This document shows positions 53,572 through 62,214 of a DNA stretch of 64,000 bases, one piece after another. The translations under genes and the position numbers were made by a program. Below the pieces are notes generated by a model. That model was not told the DNA's origin. It did no database searches and saw nothing but the letters and a program-made list of their open reading frames with translations. The DNA comes from Lysobacterales bacterium (lineage in GTDB: Bacteria > Pseudomonadota > Gammaproteobacteria > Xanthomonadales > Xanthomonadaceae), in assembly GCA_019510125.1 (NCBI GenBank), contig JAEKKX010000005.1, positions 46,009 to 110,008 on the forward strand. Reading direction: 5' to 3'. Numbering within the stretch: the stretch's first letter is position 1; the number at the start of each line of letters is the position of its first letter.

Positions 53572-55488
53572 TCAGGTCCTGCGCGCATTGCGCGCCGGAA
53601 AGGGAACGACGGTGGCGGCGGACAACGCGGCGGTCTCCTGCGAGGCCATCGGCTCGAATTCGGGCACGGCGTCGCGCAGGATGGTCGCCAGCGCATCGAG
53701 ATCGTACTGCACCGAGGCCTCGCGCAGGCGCGCGAGCGCTTCCGCGATCGCTTCGGCGGGCACCTGGCGCGCGGCCGCCTGCAGGATCTTCGGATGCGAG
53801 GTCGGGCGGTAGCGCTCGTCGGCGTGGAACAGCGTCTCGTGCAGCTTCTCGCCCGGGCGCAGGCCGGTGTAGACGATCGCGATGTCGCGGTCCGGCTGCT
53901 TGCCGGCGAGGCGGATCATCTGCTCGGCCAGCACGCGGATCGACACCGGCTCGCCCATGTCCAGCGTGTAGACCGCCTGCTGCGCACCGATCGCCGACGC
54001 CTGCAGGATGAGCTGGCAGGCTTCCGGGATGGTCATGAAGAAGCGCGTGACCTGCGGGTCGGTCACCGTCACCGGGCCGCCCTTGCGGATCTGCTCGCGG
54101 AACAGCGGCACCACGCTGCCGGCGGAGTCGAGCACGTTGCCGAAGCGCACCGTGACGAAACGGGTCGAACGCGGATCGTTGAACGACTGGCACAGCATTT
54201 CGGCGAGGCGCTTGGTCGCGCCGAGCACGTTCACCGGGTCCACCGCCTTGTCGGTGGAGATCAGCACGAAGGTGCCGACGCCGGCGGCGGCGCTCTCGCG
54301 GGCCACGGTCTCGGTGGCGAGGACGTTGTTGCGCACGGCCTCGCGCAGTTGCGCCTCCAGCAGCGGCACCTGCTTGTAGGCCGCGGCGTGGAAGACCGCG
54401 TCCGGGCCGACCAGCGAAAGCGCATGGCGGATGACCGCCGGATCGCCGCAGTCGCCCAGCAGCGGCACCACCTCGACCTCGGGGAAATCGCGACGCAGGC
54501 GCATCTGGGTCGTGATCAGCGACAGTTCGTCGATTTCGACCAGCGCGATCCGGCGCGCGCCGTGGCGTGCGCACTGGCGGCAGAGCTCCGAACCGATCGA
54601 ACCGCCGCCGCCGGTGACCAGCACGCTGCGTCCGCCGAGCCAGTCGCGCATCGCCTTCCAGTCCGGCACCACCGGGGCACGGCCGAGCAGGTCCTCGATC
54701 GCCACTTCCTTCAGTTCGCCGGGCAGCGAATGCCCTTCGAGGATGTCGTTGAGCCGCGGCACCATGCGGAACGGGATTCCGGTGCGCTCGCAGACTTCGA
54801 TCACCTCGCGCATGCGCCGTGCGCCGAGCGAGGGCATCGCGATGACGATCAGCTTGGCCGCGGTCTCCGGCGCGATCCGCACCACGTCCTCGATCCGGCC
54901 CAGCACCGGAACGCCATGCAGGTGGCTGCCGCGCAGCTTGGCGGCGTCGTCGAGGATGCCGACCGGCTGGTAGGCGCCGGTGCGGCGCAGGTCGCGGACC
55001 AGCGCTTCGCCGGCGCGGCCGGCGCCGAGGATCAGCACCCGCACCGCGGCCTTGTCGCTGTTGATCCGGCCGTGGTCCTTCCACGAGCGGTACAGCAGCC
55101 GCGGCGCGCCGAGCATCAGGGTGATCACGAACGGATACATCACCAGCACCGAACGCGGGACCACGTCGAGCCGGTTGTAGATGAAGAGGACGAACAAAAT
55201 GGCGAGCAGGCCGAACATGCTCGCCTTCAGGATGTTGAGCAGGTCCGGCACGCTCGCGAAGCGCCAGATGCCGCGATACAGGCCCACCTGCCAGAACACC
55301 AGGCCCTGCGCGATCAGCACCAGCACCGATTCGGTGGTCCACAGACCGGGCCGCGCGGCCTGGTCGACGATGGCGTAGCGGAACTGGAGCAGGCCGTTCC
55401 AGCACAGCCAGACCATGCACAGGTCGTGCAGCACGATGGCCGAACGCGGCAGCGCGCTGGCGAGGCGTTCGCGGAGCTGCACGATCAC
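53572..55488 (-). CDS. Membrane-bound polysaccharide biosynthesis protein, nucleotide-sugar 4,6-dehydratase/epimerase (WbpM/CapD/PglF-like)
   Basis: Starts at GTG 55488 (VIVQLRERLA...), in a GTGA overlap with the upstream stop. Four N-terminal TM helices are followed by two Rossmann regions (ILGAGRAG, VTGGGGSIGSEL) and a YxxxK-type STDKAVDPVNVLGATKR. It is 638 aa. Confidence 0.88.
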   Translation of the reverse strand: MIVQLRERLASALPRSAIVLHDLCMVWLCWNGLLQFRYAIVDQAARPGLWTTESVLVLIAQGLVFWQVGLYRGIWRFASVPDLLNILKASMFGLLAILFVLFIYNRLDVVPRSVLVMYPFVITLMLGAPRLLYRSWKDHGRINSDKAAVRVLILGAGRAGEALVRDLRRTGAYQPVGILDDAAKLRGSHLHGVPVLGRIEDVVRIAPETAAKLIVIAMPSLGARRMREVIEVCERTGIPFRMVPRLNDILEGHSLPGELKEVAIEDLLGRAPVVPDWKAMRDWLGGRSVLVTGGGGSIGSELCRQCARHGARRIALVEIDELSLITTQMRLRRDFPEVEVVPLLGDCGDPAVIRHALSLVGPDAVFHAAAYKQVPLLEAQLREAVRNNVLATETVARESAAAGVGTFVLISTDKAVDPVNVLGATKRLAEMLCQSFNDPRSTRFVTVRFGNVLDSAGSVVPLFREQIRKGGPVTVTDPQVTRFFMTIPEACQLILQASAIGAQQAVYTLDMGEPVSIRVLAEQMIRLAGKQPDRDIAIVYTGLRPGEKLHETLFHADERYRPTSHPKILQAAARQVPAEAIAEALARLREASVQYDLDALATILRDAVPEFEPMASQETAALSAATVVPFPARNARRT

Positions 55489-56615
55489 GCGCGCCCCGGG
55501 GCGTCGACGACGCGGGCCCGGCTCCGATCGAGCCAGCCCCATGCCGCGCATCCCGCCGTCATCCAAGCCGCAGCCGCCATCGCGAGTCCTCTCCCCTTTC
55601 CTTCGGCCAGCCAGACCATCAGTCCGCAGCCGATCATTGTCCATGCCGCATATGACAACGTGACCGGGATGTGGCTGCCGGCCTTGCGCGCCCAGCGCTG
55701 GTAGACGTGGCCGACATGCGGCGTCCACCAGCGTTCCCCCCGCGCCGCCCGTCGGGCGAGCGTCAGGCCCGCGTCCAGCAGGAAGGCCGCCGGCGGCAAC
55801 AGCACCAGCGGCCAGGCCGACGGCGGTGTCGACGTCATCGCGGCACCCGCCAGCCAGGCCAGCACGTACCCGAGGGCCCCGCTGCCCACGTCCCCGAGGA
55901 AGATCTTCGCTTTCGGGAAATTGGACGGCAGGAACCCGAAGAGTGCCGCGATGAACGCCAACCCGACATGAACCGTCAGCGCGTCGCCGGCGAGCCAGGC
56001 GTACGCGGCGGCGACCAGGATCGCCTGGGTCGTGGCGAGGCCGTCGATGCCGTCCATGAAGTTCCAGACGTTGACCAGCACCGGCACCGAGAGGAACACC
56101 GCGAGCGCGACCCGCGGGTCGGCCCCCGACAGGAAGAAGCCGGTCGCGAGCCAGCCCGCGGCCAGGACGTGCGTGGCGAGCTTGGGCCAGGGCGGGAGCG
56201 GCCGGTGGTCGTCCAGCCAGCCGATGCCGGCGACCAGCAGCAGGCCGACGCCGGCGCAGGCCAGCAGCACGATCTCCCGGGGCATGCGCAGGGCCAGGGC
56301 CGCGATCGCGACCAGCACCGCCAGCACCACCGCGAGGCCGCCGCCGCGCGGCGTCGCGACCGCATGGCTGCGCCGCTCGCCGGGCTGGTCGAGCAGGCGG
56401 CGTCGCAATGCGTAGCCGCGGACCACCCGCGTGCCGACCGCGCCGAGGGCGGCGAACAGCGCGCACCACAGCAGCGTGCCGGTGGGGAACATGCTGTTCA
56501 AAAGCATGCTGTTCAAAAGCATGCCGTTCAAAAGCGTGCCGTTCAAAGGCATGCCGTTCAAAAGGATGCCGCTCGGAAGCGTGCCGCTCGGGAGCATGCC
56601 GGCCACCGGCGTCAT
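55485..56615 (-). CDS. Polyprenyl-phosphate N-acetylhexosamine-1-phosphate transferase (MraY/WecA/WbpL family, GT4-type initiating enzyme)
   Basis: A polytopic protein with family motifs WLDDHRPLPPWPK and NVWNFMDGIDGLA. The most upstream in-frame ATG is 56615, whose A is shared with the lapB stop TGA at 56615-56617. The first roughly 45 codons are a pentapeptide repeat, so the true start is uncertain (any in-frame ATG/GTG down to about 56491). Confidence 0.8.
   Translation of the reverse strand: MTPVAGMLPSGTLPSGILLNGMPLNGTLLNGMLLNSMLLNSMFPTGTLLWCALFAALGAVGTRVVRGYALRRRLLDQPGERRSHAVATPRGGGLAVVLAVLVAIAALALRMPREIVLLACAGVGLLLVAGIGWLDDHRPLPPWPKLATHVLAAGWLATGFFLSGADPRVALAVFLSVPVLVNVWNFMDGIDGLATTQAILVAAAYAWLAGDALTVHVGLAFIAALFGFLPSNFPKAKIFLGDVGSGALGYVLAWLAGAAMTSTPPSAWPLVLLPPAAFLLDAGLTLARRAARGERWWTPHVGHVYQRWARKAGSHIPVTLSYAAWTMIGCGLMVWLAEGKGRGLAMAAAAWMTAGCAAWGWLDRSRARVVDAPGRA
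56476..56610. repeat. 15-nt tandem repeat, about 9 units (ATGCCGTTCAAAAGC-like) at the 5' end of the wbpL/wecA-like gene
   Basis: Units begin at 56476, 56491, 56506, 56521, 56536, 56551, 56566, 56581 and 56596. Two adjacent units are identical (atgctgttcaaaagc) and the outer units are progressively degenerate. On the coding strand this reads MLPSG TLPSG ILLNG MPLNG TLLNG MLLNS MLLNS MFPTG. Confidence 0.9.
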
Positions 56616-57793
56616 CAGACGACGGCGTAGTTCAGCAGCGGCTTGACCGAACCCCATTCCTTGCAACTGGGGCATTGCCAGTGATGGCTGCGCGCGCCGA
56701 AGCCGCAACGGTTGCAGCGATAGCTGGGATTGCGGACCAGCAACTGCTCGGTGACGTGCTTGAGGTCGTGCAGGGTCGCGGTGGGGTCGGTGTGGTCGGC
56801 CAGGCTGAGGTCGATCAGCGCCGCCTCGCCGCGCACCGACGGGCGTTCCTTGAGCTGGCGCGCGAGGTAATCCCGCGCCGCATGCACGCCCTCGCCCGCC
56901 TCGACCAGCCGGGTCAGCGCCAGCACCGGTGCGATGCCGCGGTAGTGCTCGCACATCTCGGTCAGGAACGCGCGCGCGCCGCTGGGATCGCCGACCTTGT
57001 CGTAGCAGACCAGCAGGTTGGGCAGCACTTCCGGCAGATAGTCGGGATCGTGCCGCGCCGCGCGTTCGTAGGCGCGGATCGCGGCCGCGTGCTGGCCGGC
57101 GTCGAAGTCGATGCGGCCTTCCAGCATGCCCGCGCGCACCGACTTGGAATCGGCCGCGTAGGCGCGCGCGATCGCCTCGCGCGCGGCGTCGATCTCGCCC
57201 GCCGCGCGATGGCGCTCGGCGAGTTCGCACTCGAACTGCGCGATCAGCTTGCCCATCGGCTCGCCGGTCACGGCTTCGTAGCGCGACGCCTTCTCGATCG
57301 CCTGCGGCCAGTCGCGTTCGGCCTGGTAGATGCCGATCAGGTGGCGCAGCGCCTGCGGCGCGCGATCGTCGAGTTTCGCGAGGTCGCCGAACACGGTTTC
57401 GGCGCGATCGAGCAGGCCCGAGCGCATGTAGTCCTCGCCCAGCGCGAGCAGCGCCTGGACGCGCTGCTGGTCGTTGAGGTCGGGACGCTGGACCAGGCCC
57501 TGGTGCAGCCGGATCGCGCGATCGACCTCGCCGCGGCGCCGGAACAGGTGGCCGAGCGCGACCTGGGTCTCGAACGTGTCCTTGTCCAGTTCGGCGACGT
57601 GCAGGAACAGTTCGATCGCCTTGTCCGGCTGCTCGTTGAGCAGGTAGTTGAGGCCGCGGAAATAGGTGGTCGACAGCCGGCTGACCTGGTGGTCGCTGTG
57701 GCGCTCGCCGCCGCGACGGCCGATCACCCAGCCGATCACGGCCGCGAGCGGGATCAGCAGGAAATACCAGAACCACTCGGAGATGAAGGCCAT
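56615..57793 (-). CDS. lapB: Lipopolysaccharide assembly protein B (YciM: N-terminal TM, TPR repeats, C-terminal rubredoxin-like zinc site)
   Basis: Starts at ATG 57793 (MAFISEWFWYFLLIPLAAVIGWVIG). TPR repeats are followed by the C-terminal CNRCGFGARSHHWQCPSC. It is 392 aa. Confidence 0.92.
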   Translation of the reverse strand: MAFISEWFWYFLLIPLAAVIGWVIGRRGGERHSDHQVSRLSTTYFRGLNYLLNEQPDKAIELFLHVAELDKDTFETQVALGHLFRRRGEVDRAIRLHQGLVQRPDLNDQQRVQALLALGEDYMRSGLLDRAETVFGDLAKLDDRAPQALRHLIGIYQAERDWPQAIEKASRYEAVTGEPMGKLIAQFECELAERHRAAGEIDAAREAIARAYAADSKSVRAGMLEGRIDFDAGQHAAAIRAYERAARHDPDYLPEVLPNLLVCYDKVGDPSGARAFLTEMCEHYRGIAPVLALTRLVEAGEGVHAARDYLARQLKERPSVRGEAALIDLSLADHTDPTATLHDLKHVTEQLLVRNPSYRCNRCGFGARSHHWQCPSCKEWGSVKPLLNYAVV

Positions 57794-57794
57794 C

Positions 57795-58079
57795 TCAAGG
57801 CTCCGTGGTGGATGCAAGGGAGGCGGTGGCGGGGACGGCGCCGGCCGTGGCCGGGGACGCGCTGCGCTGCGCGCGGCGCAGCGGCATCACGACCGACACC
57901 ACGATGGCCAGCCCGCCGAGCAGCACGCCCGCCAGCAGCGTGCACAGCAGGATCACGCCCAGGCCGGCCTGCAGTCGCACCACGCCGAGGTCGACCACGG
58001 TCGCGCCGTCGTTGAGCACGCCCAGCGCCACGCCGGAGACGAGGAACGCGAGGGCGAACATGGCGCGGAGGAATCGCAT
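57795..58079 (-). CDS. lapA: Lipopolysaccharide assembly protein A (LapA/YciS, DUF1049) small membrane protein
   Basis: Starts at ATG 58079 (MRFLRAMFALAFLVSGVALGVL...). It is 94 aa with two TM helices and ends 1 nt before the lapB start, in the conserved ihfB-lapA-lapB context. Confidence 0.75.
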   Translation of the reverse strand: MRFLRAMFALAFLVSGVALGVLNDGATVVDLGVVRLQAGLGVILLCTLLAGVLLGGLAIVVSVVMPLRRAQRSASPATAGAVPATASLASTTEP

Positions 58080-58267
58080 GGACAGGAACGATGCGGGCCG
58101 GGGGACCTGAACGGAGAACCAGTGTATGCCGTGGCGCGGCCGATGACGATGGCCGGCACGGACCGGGGCCCGCTCGGCGTGCATGCGGGGGTCGGGAATT
58201 CGGCGATCGGGAAGTACGGGAGACGAACCCCGGGATCGAACGCGCGTGGCGGAGTCGCCGGCGCGGA

Positions 58268-58570
58268 TCAGTCTTCGGGCGGCAGCGGCACGACGTCGCT
58301 GACGCGGTCGCGCAGTTCCTTGCCCGGCTTGAAATGCGGCACGTGCTTGCCGGGCAGCGCCACCGCGTCGCCGGTCTTGGGATTGCGGCCGGTGCGCGGC
58401 GGCCGGTAGTGCAGGGAAAAACTGCCGAACCCGCGGATCTCGATGCGGTCGCCCTGCGACAGCGAGGCGCCCATCATTTCCAGCAGCGACTTGACCGCGA
58501 GGTCGACGTCGTCGGCCTTCAGGTGTCCCTGCCGCTGGGACAGGATCTCGATCAGTTCGGATTTGGTCAT
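58268..58570 (-). CDS. ihfB: Integration host factor subunit beta
   Basis: A 100-aa ORF with [11 protein letters not shown]...[25 protein letters not shown]. Confidence 0.96.
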   Translation of the reverse strand: MTKSELIEILSQRQGHLKADDVDLAVKSLLEMMGASLSQGDRIEIRGFGSFSLHYRPPRTGRNPKTGDAVALPGKHVPHFKPGKELRDRVSDVVPLPPED

Positions 58571-58613
58571 GGGCGTTCGCGGTCCTGACGGGCGGGCGCA
58601 GCCGGATCACACC

Positions 58614-58642
58614 GCGACGGCCCGGGGTTCCCGGGCCGTCGC
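58614..58642 (-). terminator. GC-rich hairpin just downstream of rpsA (terminator/attenuator candidate)
   Basis: gcgacggcccggg-gtt-cccgggccgtcgc forms a 13-bp perfect stem. No clear U-run follows, so read-through into ihfB is plausible. Confidence 0.4.
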
Positions 58643-58656
58643 GATGCCGATGCGGA

Positions 58657-60348
58657 TCACTCGGAGCGGCTTTCCAGCTGCTCGCGCAGGAGCGCGCCCA
58701 GCTTGGTGGTGCCGCTGGCGGCGTCGGCGGAGGCCTTGTTGTACTCGGCCAGCGCTTCCTGGGTCTCGGCTTCGTCCTTCGCCTTGATCGACAACTGCAG
58801 CGTGCGGCCCTTGCGGTCCATGCCGACCAGCTTCGCCTCGATGGCGTCGCCGACCTTCAGGTGCTGGCTGGCGTCGTCGACGCGGTCGTAGCTGATGTCG
58901 CGGGCCGAGACGTAGCCCTCGATGCCGTCGCCCAGGTCGATGGTGGCGCCCTTGGAATCGACTTCCTTGACGGTGCCGGCGACCTTGGTGCCCTTCGGAT
59001 GCGCGGCCATGAACTGGCCGAACGGATCCTGCTCGAGCTGCTTCACGCCGAGGCTGATGCGCTCGCGCTCCGGATCGACGGCCAGGACCACGGCGTCCAG
59101 GTTGTCGCCCTTCTTGAAGTTGCGCACGACGTCTTCGCCGGTGGTGTTCCAGCTCAGGTCAGACAGGTGGATCAGGCCGTCGATGCCGCCGTCCAGGCCG
59201 ATGAAGATGCCGAAGTCGGTGATCGACTTGATCTGGCCGGACACCTTGTCGTTCTTCTTGTGGGTCGCGGCGAACACTTCCCACGGGTTCTGGGTGCACT
59301 GCTTCATACCCAGCGAGATGCGGCGACGCTCCTCGTCCACGTCGAGGATCATCACTTCGACCTCGTCGCCGACCTGCACGACCTTGGACGGATTGACGTT
59401 CTTGTTGGTCCAGTCCATCTCGGACACGTGGACCAGGCCCTCGACGCCCGGCTCGATCTCGACGAACGCGCCGTAGTCGGTGACGTTGGAGACCTTGCCG
59501 AACATGCGCATGTTGGCCGGGTAGCGGCGCGCGATGTTGTCCCACGGATCCTCGCCGAGCTGCTTGAGGCCGAGGCTGACGCGGTTGCGCTCGCGGTCGT
59601 ACTTGAGCACGCGGACTTCGAGTTCCTGGCCGACTTCGACCACTTCGGACGGATGGCGGACGCGCTTCCACGCCATGTCGGTGATGTGCAGCAGGCCGTC
59701 GATGCCGCCGAGGTCCACGAACGCGCCGTAGTCGGTGAGGTTCTTGACCACGCCCTTGAGCTTGGCGCCCTCGACCAGCTTCTCGAGCAGCTGCTCGCGC
59801 TCTTCCGAATGCTCGCTCTCGACCACCGCACGGCGGGAGACGACGACATTGTTGCGCTTGCGGTCGAGCTTGATGAGCTTGAACTCGAGCTCCTTGCCTT
59901 CCAGGTACACCGGGTCGCGGACCGGGCGCACGTCGACCAGCGAGCCCGGCAGGAACGCGCGGACGTCCTTGATGTCGACGGTGAAGCCGCCCTTGACCTT
60001 GCCGCTGATGCGGCCGGTGATGGTCTCGTTCTTCTCGAGGGCTTCCTCAAGCTCGTCCCACACCATGGCGCGCTTGGCCTTGTCGCGGGAGAGGATGGTT
60101 TCGCCGAAGCCGTTCTCGAGCGAGTCGAGGGCGACCTTGACGATGTCGCCGACGCCGACGTCGATCTCGCCGGCATCGTTACGGAACTGTTCGATGGGCA
60201 CGATGCCCTCGGACTTCAGGCCGGCGTTGATGACCACCACGTCGTTGCGCACGTCGACGACGGTGCCGGTGACGATGGCGCCGGGCTTGAGCTTGGCCAG
60301 GTTGACGGTCTGGCTCTGTTCGAACAGTTCTGCGAATGATTCGGTCAT
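58657..60348 (-). CDS. rpsA: 30S ribosomal protein S1
   Basis: Starts at ATG 60348 ([13 protein letters not shown]...). It has six S1 domains and is 563 aa. The upstream 41 codons of the track ORF are discarded. Confidence 0.97.
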   Translation of the reverse strand: MTESFAELFEQSQTVNLAKLKPGAIVTGTVVDVRNDVVVINAGLKSEGIVPIEQFRNDAGEIDVGVGDIVKVALDSLENGFGETILSRDKAKRAMVWDELEEALEKNETITGRISGKVKGGFTVDIKDVRAFLPGSLVDVRPVRDPVYLEGKELEFKLIKLDRKRNNVVVSRRAVVESEHSEEREQLLEKLVEGAKLKGVVKNLTDYGAFVDLGGIDGLLHITDMAWKRVRHPSEVVEVGQELEVRVLKYDRERNRVSLGLKQLGEDPWDNIARRYPANMRMFGKVSNVTDYGAFVEIEPGVEGLVHVSEMDWTNKNVNPSKVVQVGDEVEVMILDVDEERRRISLGMKQCTQNPWEVFAATHKKNDKVSGQIKSITDFGIFIGLDGGIDGLIHLSDLSWNTTGEDVVRNFKKGDNLDAVVLAVDPERERISLGVKQLEQDPFGQFMAAHPKGTKVAGTVKEVDSKGATIDLGDGIEGYVSARDISYDRVDDASQHLKVGDAIEAKLVGMDRKGRTLQLSIKAKDEAETQEALAEYNKASADAASGTTKLGALLREQLESRSE

Positions 60349-60548
60349 GGGTTGATTACTCGGTTGATGACTCAGACCGGCAGGTGCGTGGAAGGACACG
60401 CTGCGCGATCCACCCGTTGCGGGCCTGGCGGGATTGCCTCTGGCCGTGGTGAGTGTTGGGGACGGAAACACCGCCGCGACGCCTGCGCATCGCGACGGAC
60501 CTTTGACTGCTGCGCGGAACGCCTCCGCGCCGCGACCGGTCGAACCGG

Positions 60549-61232
60549 TCAGTCCCGCGCCGCCGGCACCAGGGCCAGCACGCGCTCGACGACCGCTTCG
60601 ATGCCGAGCCCCGTGGTGTCGATGCAGACGGCGTCTTCCGCCGGCTTCAGGGGCGCCACCGCGCGGTTGGCGTCGCGGGCGTCGCGGGCGAGGATTTCCC
60701 GCAGCAGGTCGTCCAAGATAACCGAAACCCCCTTGTCTTTCAACTGCTTATACCGTCTCTGCGCCCGTTCCTCGGGGCTGGCGGTGAGAAAGACCTTGTA
60801 ACGGGCGTCCGGGAAGATCACCGTGCCCATGTCGCGACCGTCGGCGACCAGGCCCGGCGGCCGGCGGAACGCCCGCTGGCGGTCGCGCAGCGCGGCCCGG
60901 ACCTCGGGCACGGCCGCGATCGCCGAGGCCGCGGCGCCGGCGGTCTCGGTGCGCAGTTCGTCGGTGGCGTCGAGGTCGTTCACGATCACCCGCAGCTCGC
61001 CGTCGGCGCGCTCCAGGAACCCGATCCGGGTGTCGAAGGCGCAGCGGACCAGGGCGGCGGGGTCGGCGAGGTCCAGGTCGGCCCAGCCGGCGGCCACGCC
61101 GATCGCCCGGTACAGGGCCCCGGAATCCAGGTAGTGCCAGCCCAGCCGGGAGGCGACCAGTCGGCTGATGGTGCCCTTGCCGGACCCCGAGGGCCCGTCG
61201 ATGGTGAGGACTTCGGGGGCGGCGTCGGACAT
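60549..61232 (-). CDS. cmk: Cytidylate kinase
   Basis: Starts at ATG 61232 ([27 protein letters not shown]...) and is 227 aa, in the cmk-rpsA context. Confidence 0.95.
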   Translation of the reverse strand: MSDAAPEVLTIDGPSGSGKGTISRLVASRLGWHYLDSGALYRAIGVAAGWADLDLADPAALVRCAFDTRIGFLERADGELRVIVNDLDATDELRTETAGAAASAIAAVPEVRAALRDRQRAFRRPPGLVADGRDMGTVIFPDARYKVFLTASPEERAQRRYKQLKDKGVSVILDDLLREILARDARDANRAVAPLKPAEDAVCIDTTGLGIEAVVERVLALVPAARD

Positions 61233-61314
61233 GCGGGACTCGGCTGGCGTGGGGATCGGGATTGTACCCGCCGCCCCGCCGGCCGCCCCTCCGCGACCGG
61301 GGGGACGCAACCAC

Positions 61315-61343
61315 TTGAATGCGAAAAGAATTGCCGGCAGAAT
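61315..61343 (+). promoter_or_regulatory. Candidate sigma-70 promoter for the L36 paralog gene
   Basis: TTGAAT (61315-61320), 17 nt, CAGAAT (61338-61343). It would give a leader of about 80 nt before ATG 61432. Confidence 0.35.
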
Positions 61344-61431
61344 AGCGGGCTGTTTCGTCGCCCGCGCCGTCGATCGTCCGATCCGACCGGCGCGATCCCT
61401 TCCGTCAACCGCATCATCGCCGAGGCTCCAC

Positions 61432-61557
61432 ATGAAGGTCCTGTCCTCCCTGAAGTCGGCGAAGGCCCGTCACCGCGACTGCAAGGTCGTTCGCCGCCGT
61501 GGCAAGGTCTTCGTGATCTGCAAGTCGAACCCCCGCTTCAAGGCGCGCCAGCGCTGA
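61432..61557 (+). CDS. rpmJ: 50S ribosomal protein L36, YkgO-type (zinc-ribbon-less paralog)
   Basis: The 41-aa product [41 protein letters not shown] closely parallels E. coli YkgO ([38 protein letters not shown]...). Confidence 0.9.
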   Translation: MKVLSSLKSAKARHRDCKVVRRRGKVFVICKSNPRFKARQR

Positions 61558-61601
61558 AGCCGGACCGCGCGCCGCGATCGCATCGCGGCGACGACGGTGA
61601 A

Positions 61602-61628
61602 ACGAAGGCCGCCTCGCGCGGCCTTCGT
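61602..61628 (+). terminator. Terminator-like hairpin after the L36 gene
   Basis: acgaaggccgc-ctcgc-gcggccttcgt forms an 11-bp stem, followed by a weak T-run (cgtgtt). Confidence 0.5.
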
Positions 61629-61637
61629 CGTGTTCGG

Positions 61638-61727
61638 GCGCCTGACGCTCGAGCGCCGGATGTGCAGACGCCCGATGTTCGAGCGCCCCATGCCCGGACG
61701 CCTGGTGTCCGGACGCCGGGCAGCGTC
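61638..61727. repeat. Imperfect 15-nt tandem array (6 units) in non-coding DNA
   Basis: The units are gcgcctgacgctcga / gcgccggatgtgcag / acgcccgatgttcga / gcgccccatgcccgg / acgcctggtgtccgg / acgccgggcagcgtc. Confidence 0.65.
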
Positions 61728-61880
61728 GCCGGGCCGCTGCGGGATCCGCGCACCGGCTTCGTCATGGTCGATGCGGCGCCGCGCCCGGGATCGCGCCGGC
61801 CATCGCGATGTGCTTACAATCCGGTGCGCCGCGCCCGTCATGTCCGCGACGTCCGCATTCACGCCTGAGGAGGTTCCCCC

Positions 61881-62210
61881 GTGCGCCATCTCCCCGCCGC
61901 CCTGATCGCCGCCGCGCTGCTCGCGGCCGCCCCGCAGGCGTTCGCCGAGACCCTGCTGATCGACCGCGTCAAGCTCGAATCCGGCACCGCGATGCCGGCG
62001 CGCGGCATGCGCATGGCCGAAGTCGAGCGCCGCTTCGGCAAGCCCACCGAACGCCTCGACGCCCGCGGCGGCCAGAAGCGCCAGTGGCCGCAGATCAACC
62101 GCTGGACCTATCCCGACTTCGTCGTCTACTTCGAGAAGGACCGCGTGATCGACACCGTCCTGATCCGCGCCGTCAGCAACGAAGTCGGTCCGAAACCCCC
62201 GATCCGGTAA
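61881..62210 (+). CDS. Small secreted hypothetical protein (109 aa)
   Basis: A GTG start and signal peptide MRHLPAALIAAALLAAAPQAFA. It ends 4 nt before the aguA ATG, so co-transcription is likely. No family is recognised, though a BamE/SmpA-like small beta fold is possible. Confidence 0.6.
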   Translation: MRHLPAALIAAALLAAAPQAFAETLLIDRVKLESGTAMPARGMRMAEVERRFGKPTERLDARGGQKRQWPQINRWTYPDFVVYFEKDRVIDTVLIRAVSNEVGPKPPIR

Positions 62211-62214
62211 GCCG

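Noticed and set aside
56476-56610. Tandem arrays (also 50835-50909 and 61638-61727) as possible CRISPR arrays
   Set aside because: The units are 15 nt and directly abutting, with no unique spacers. There is no leader or cas gene, and two of the three arrays lie in coding context.
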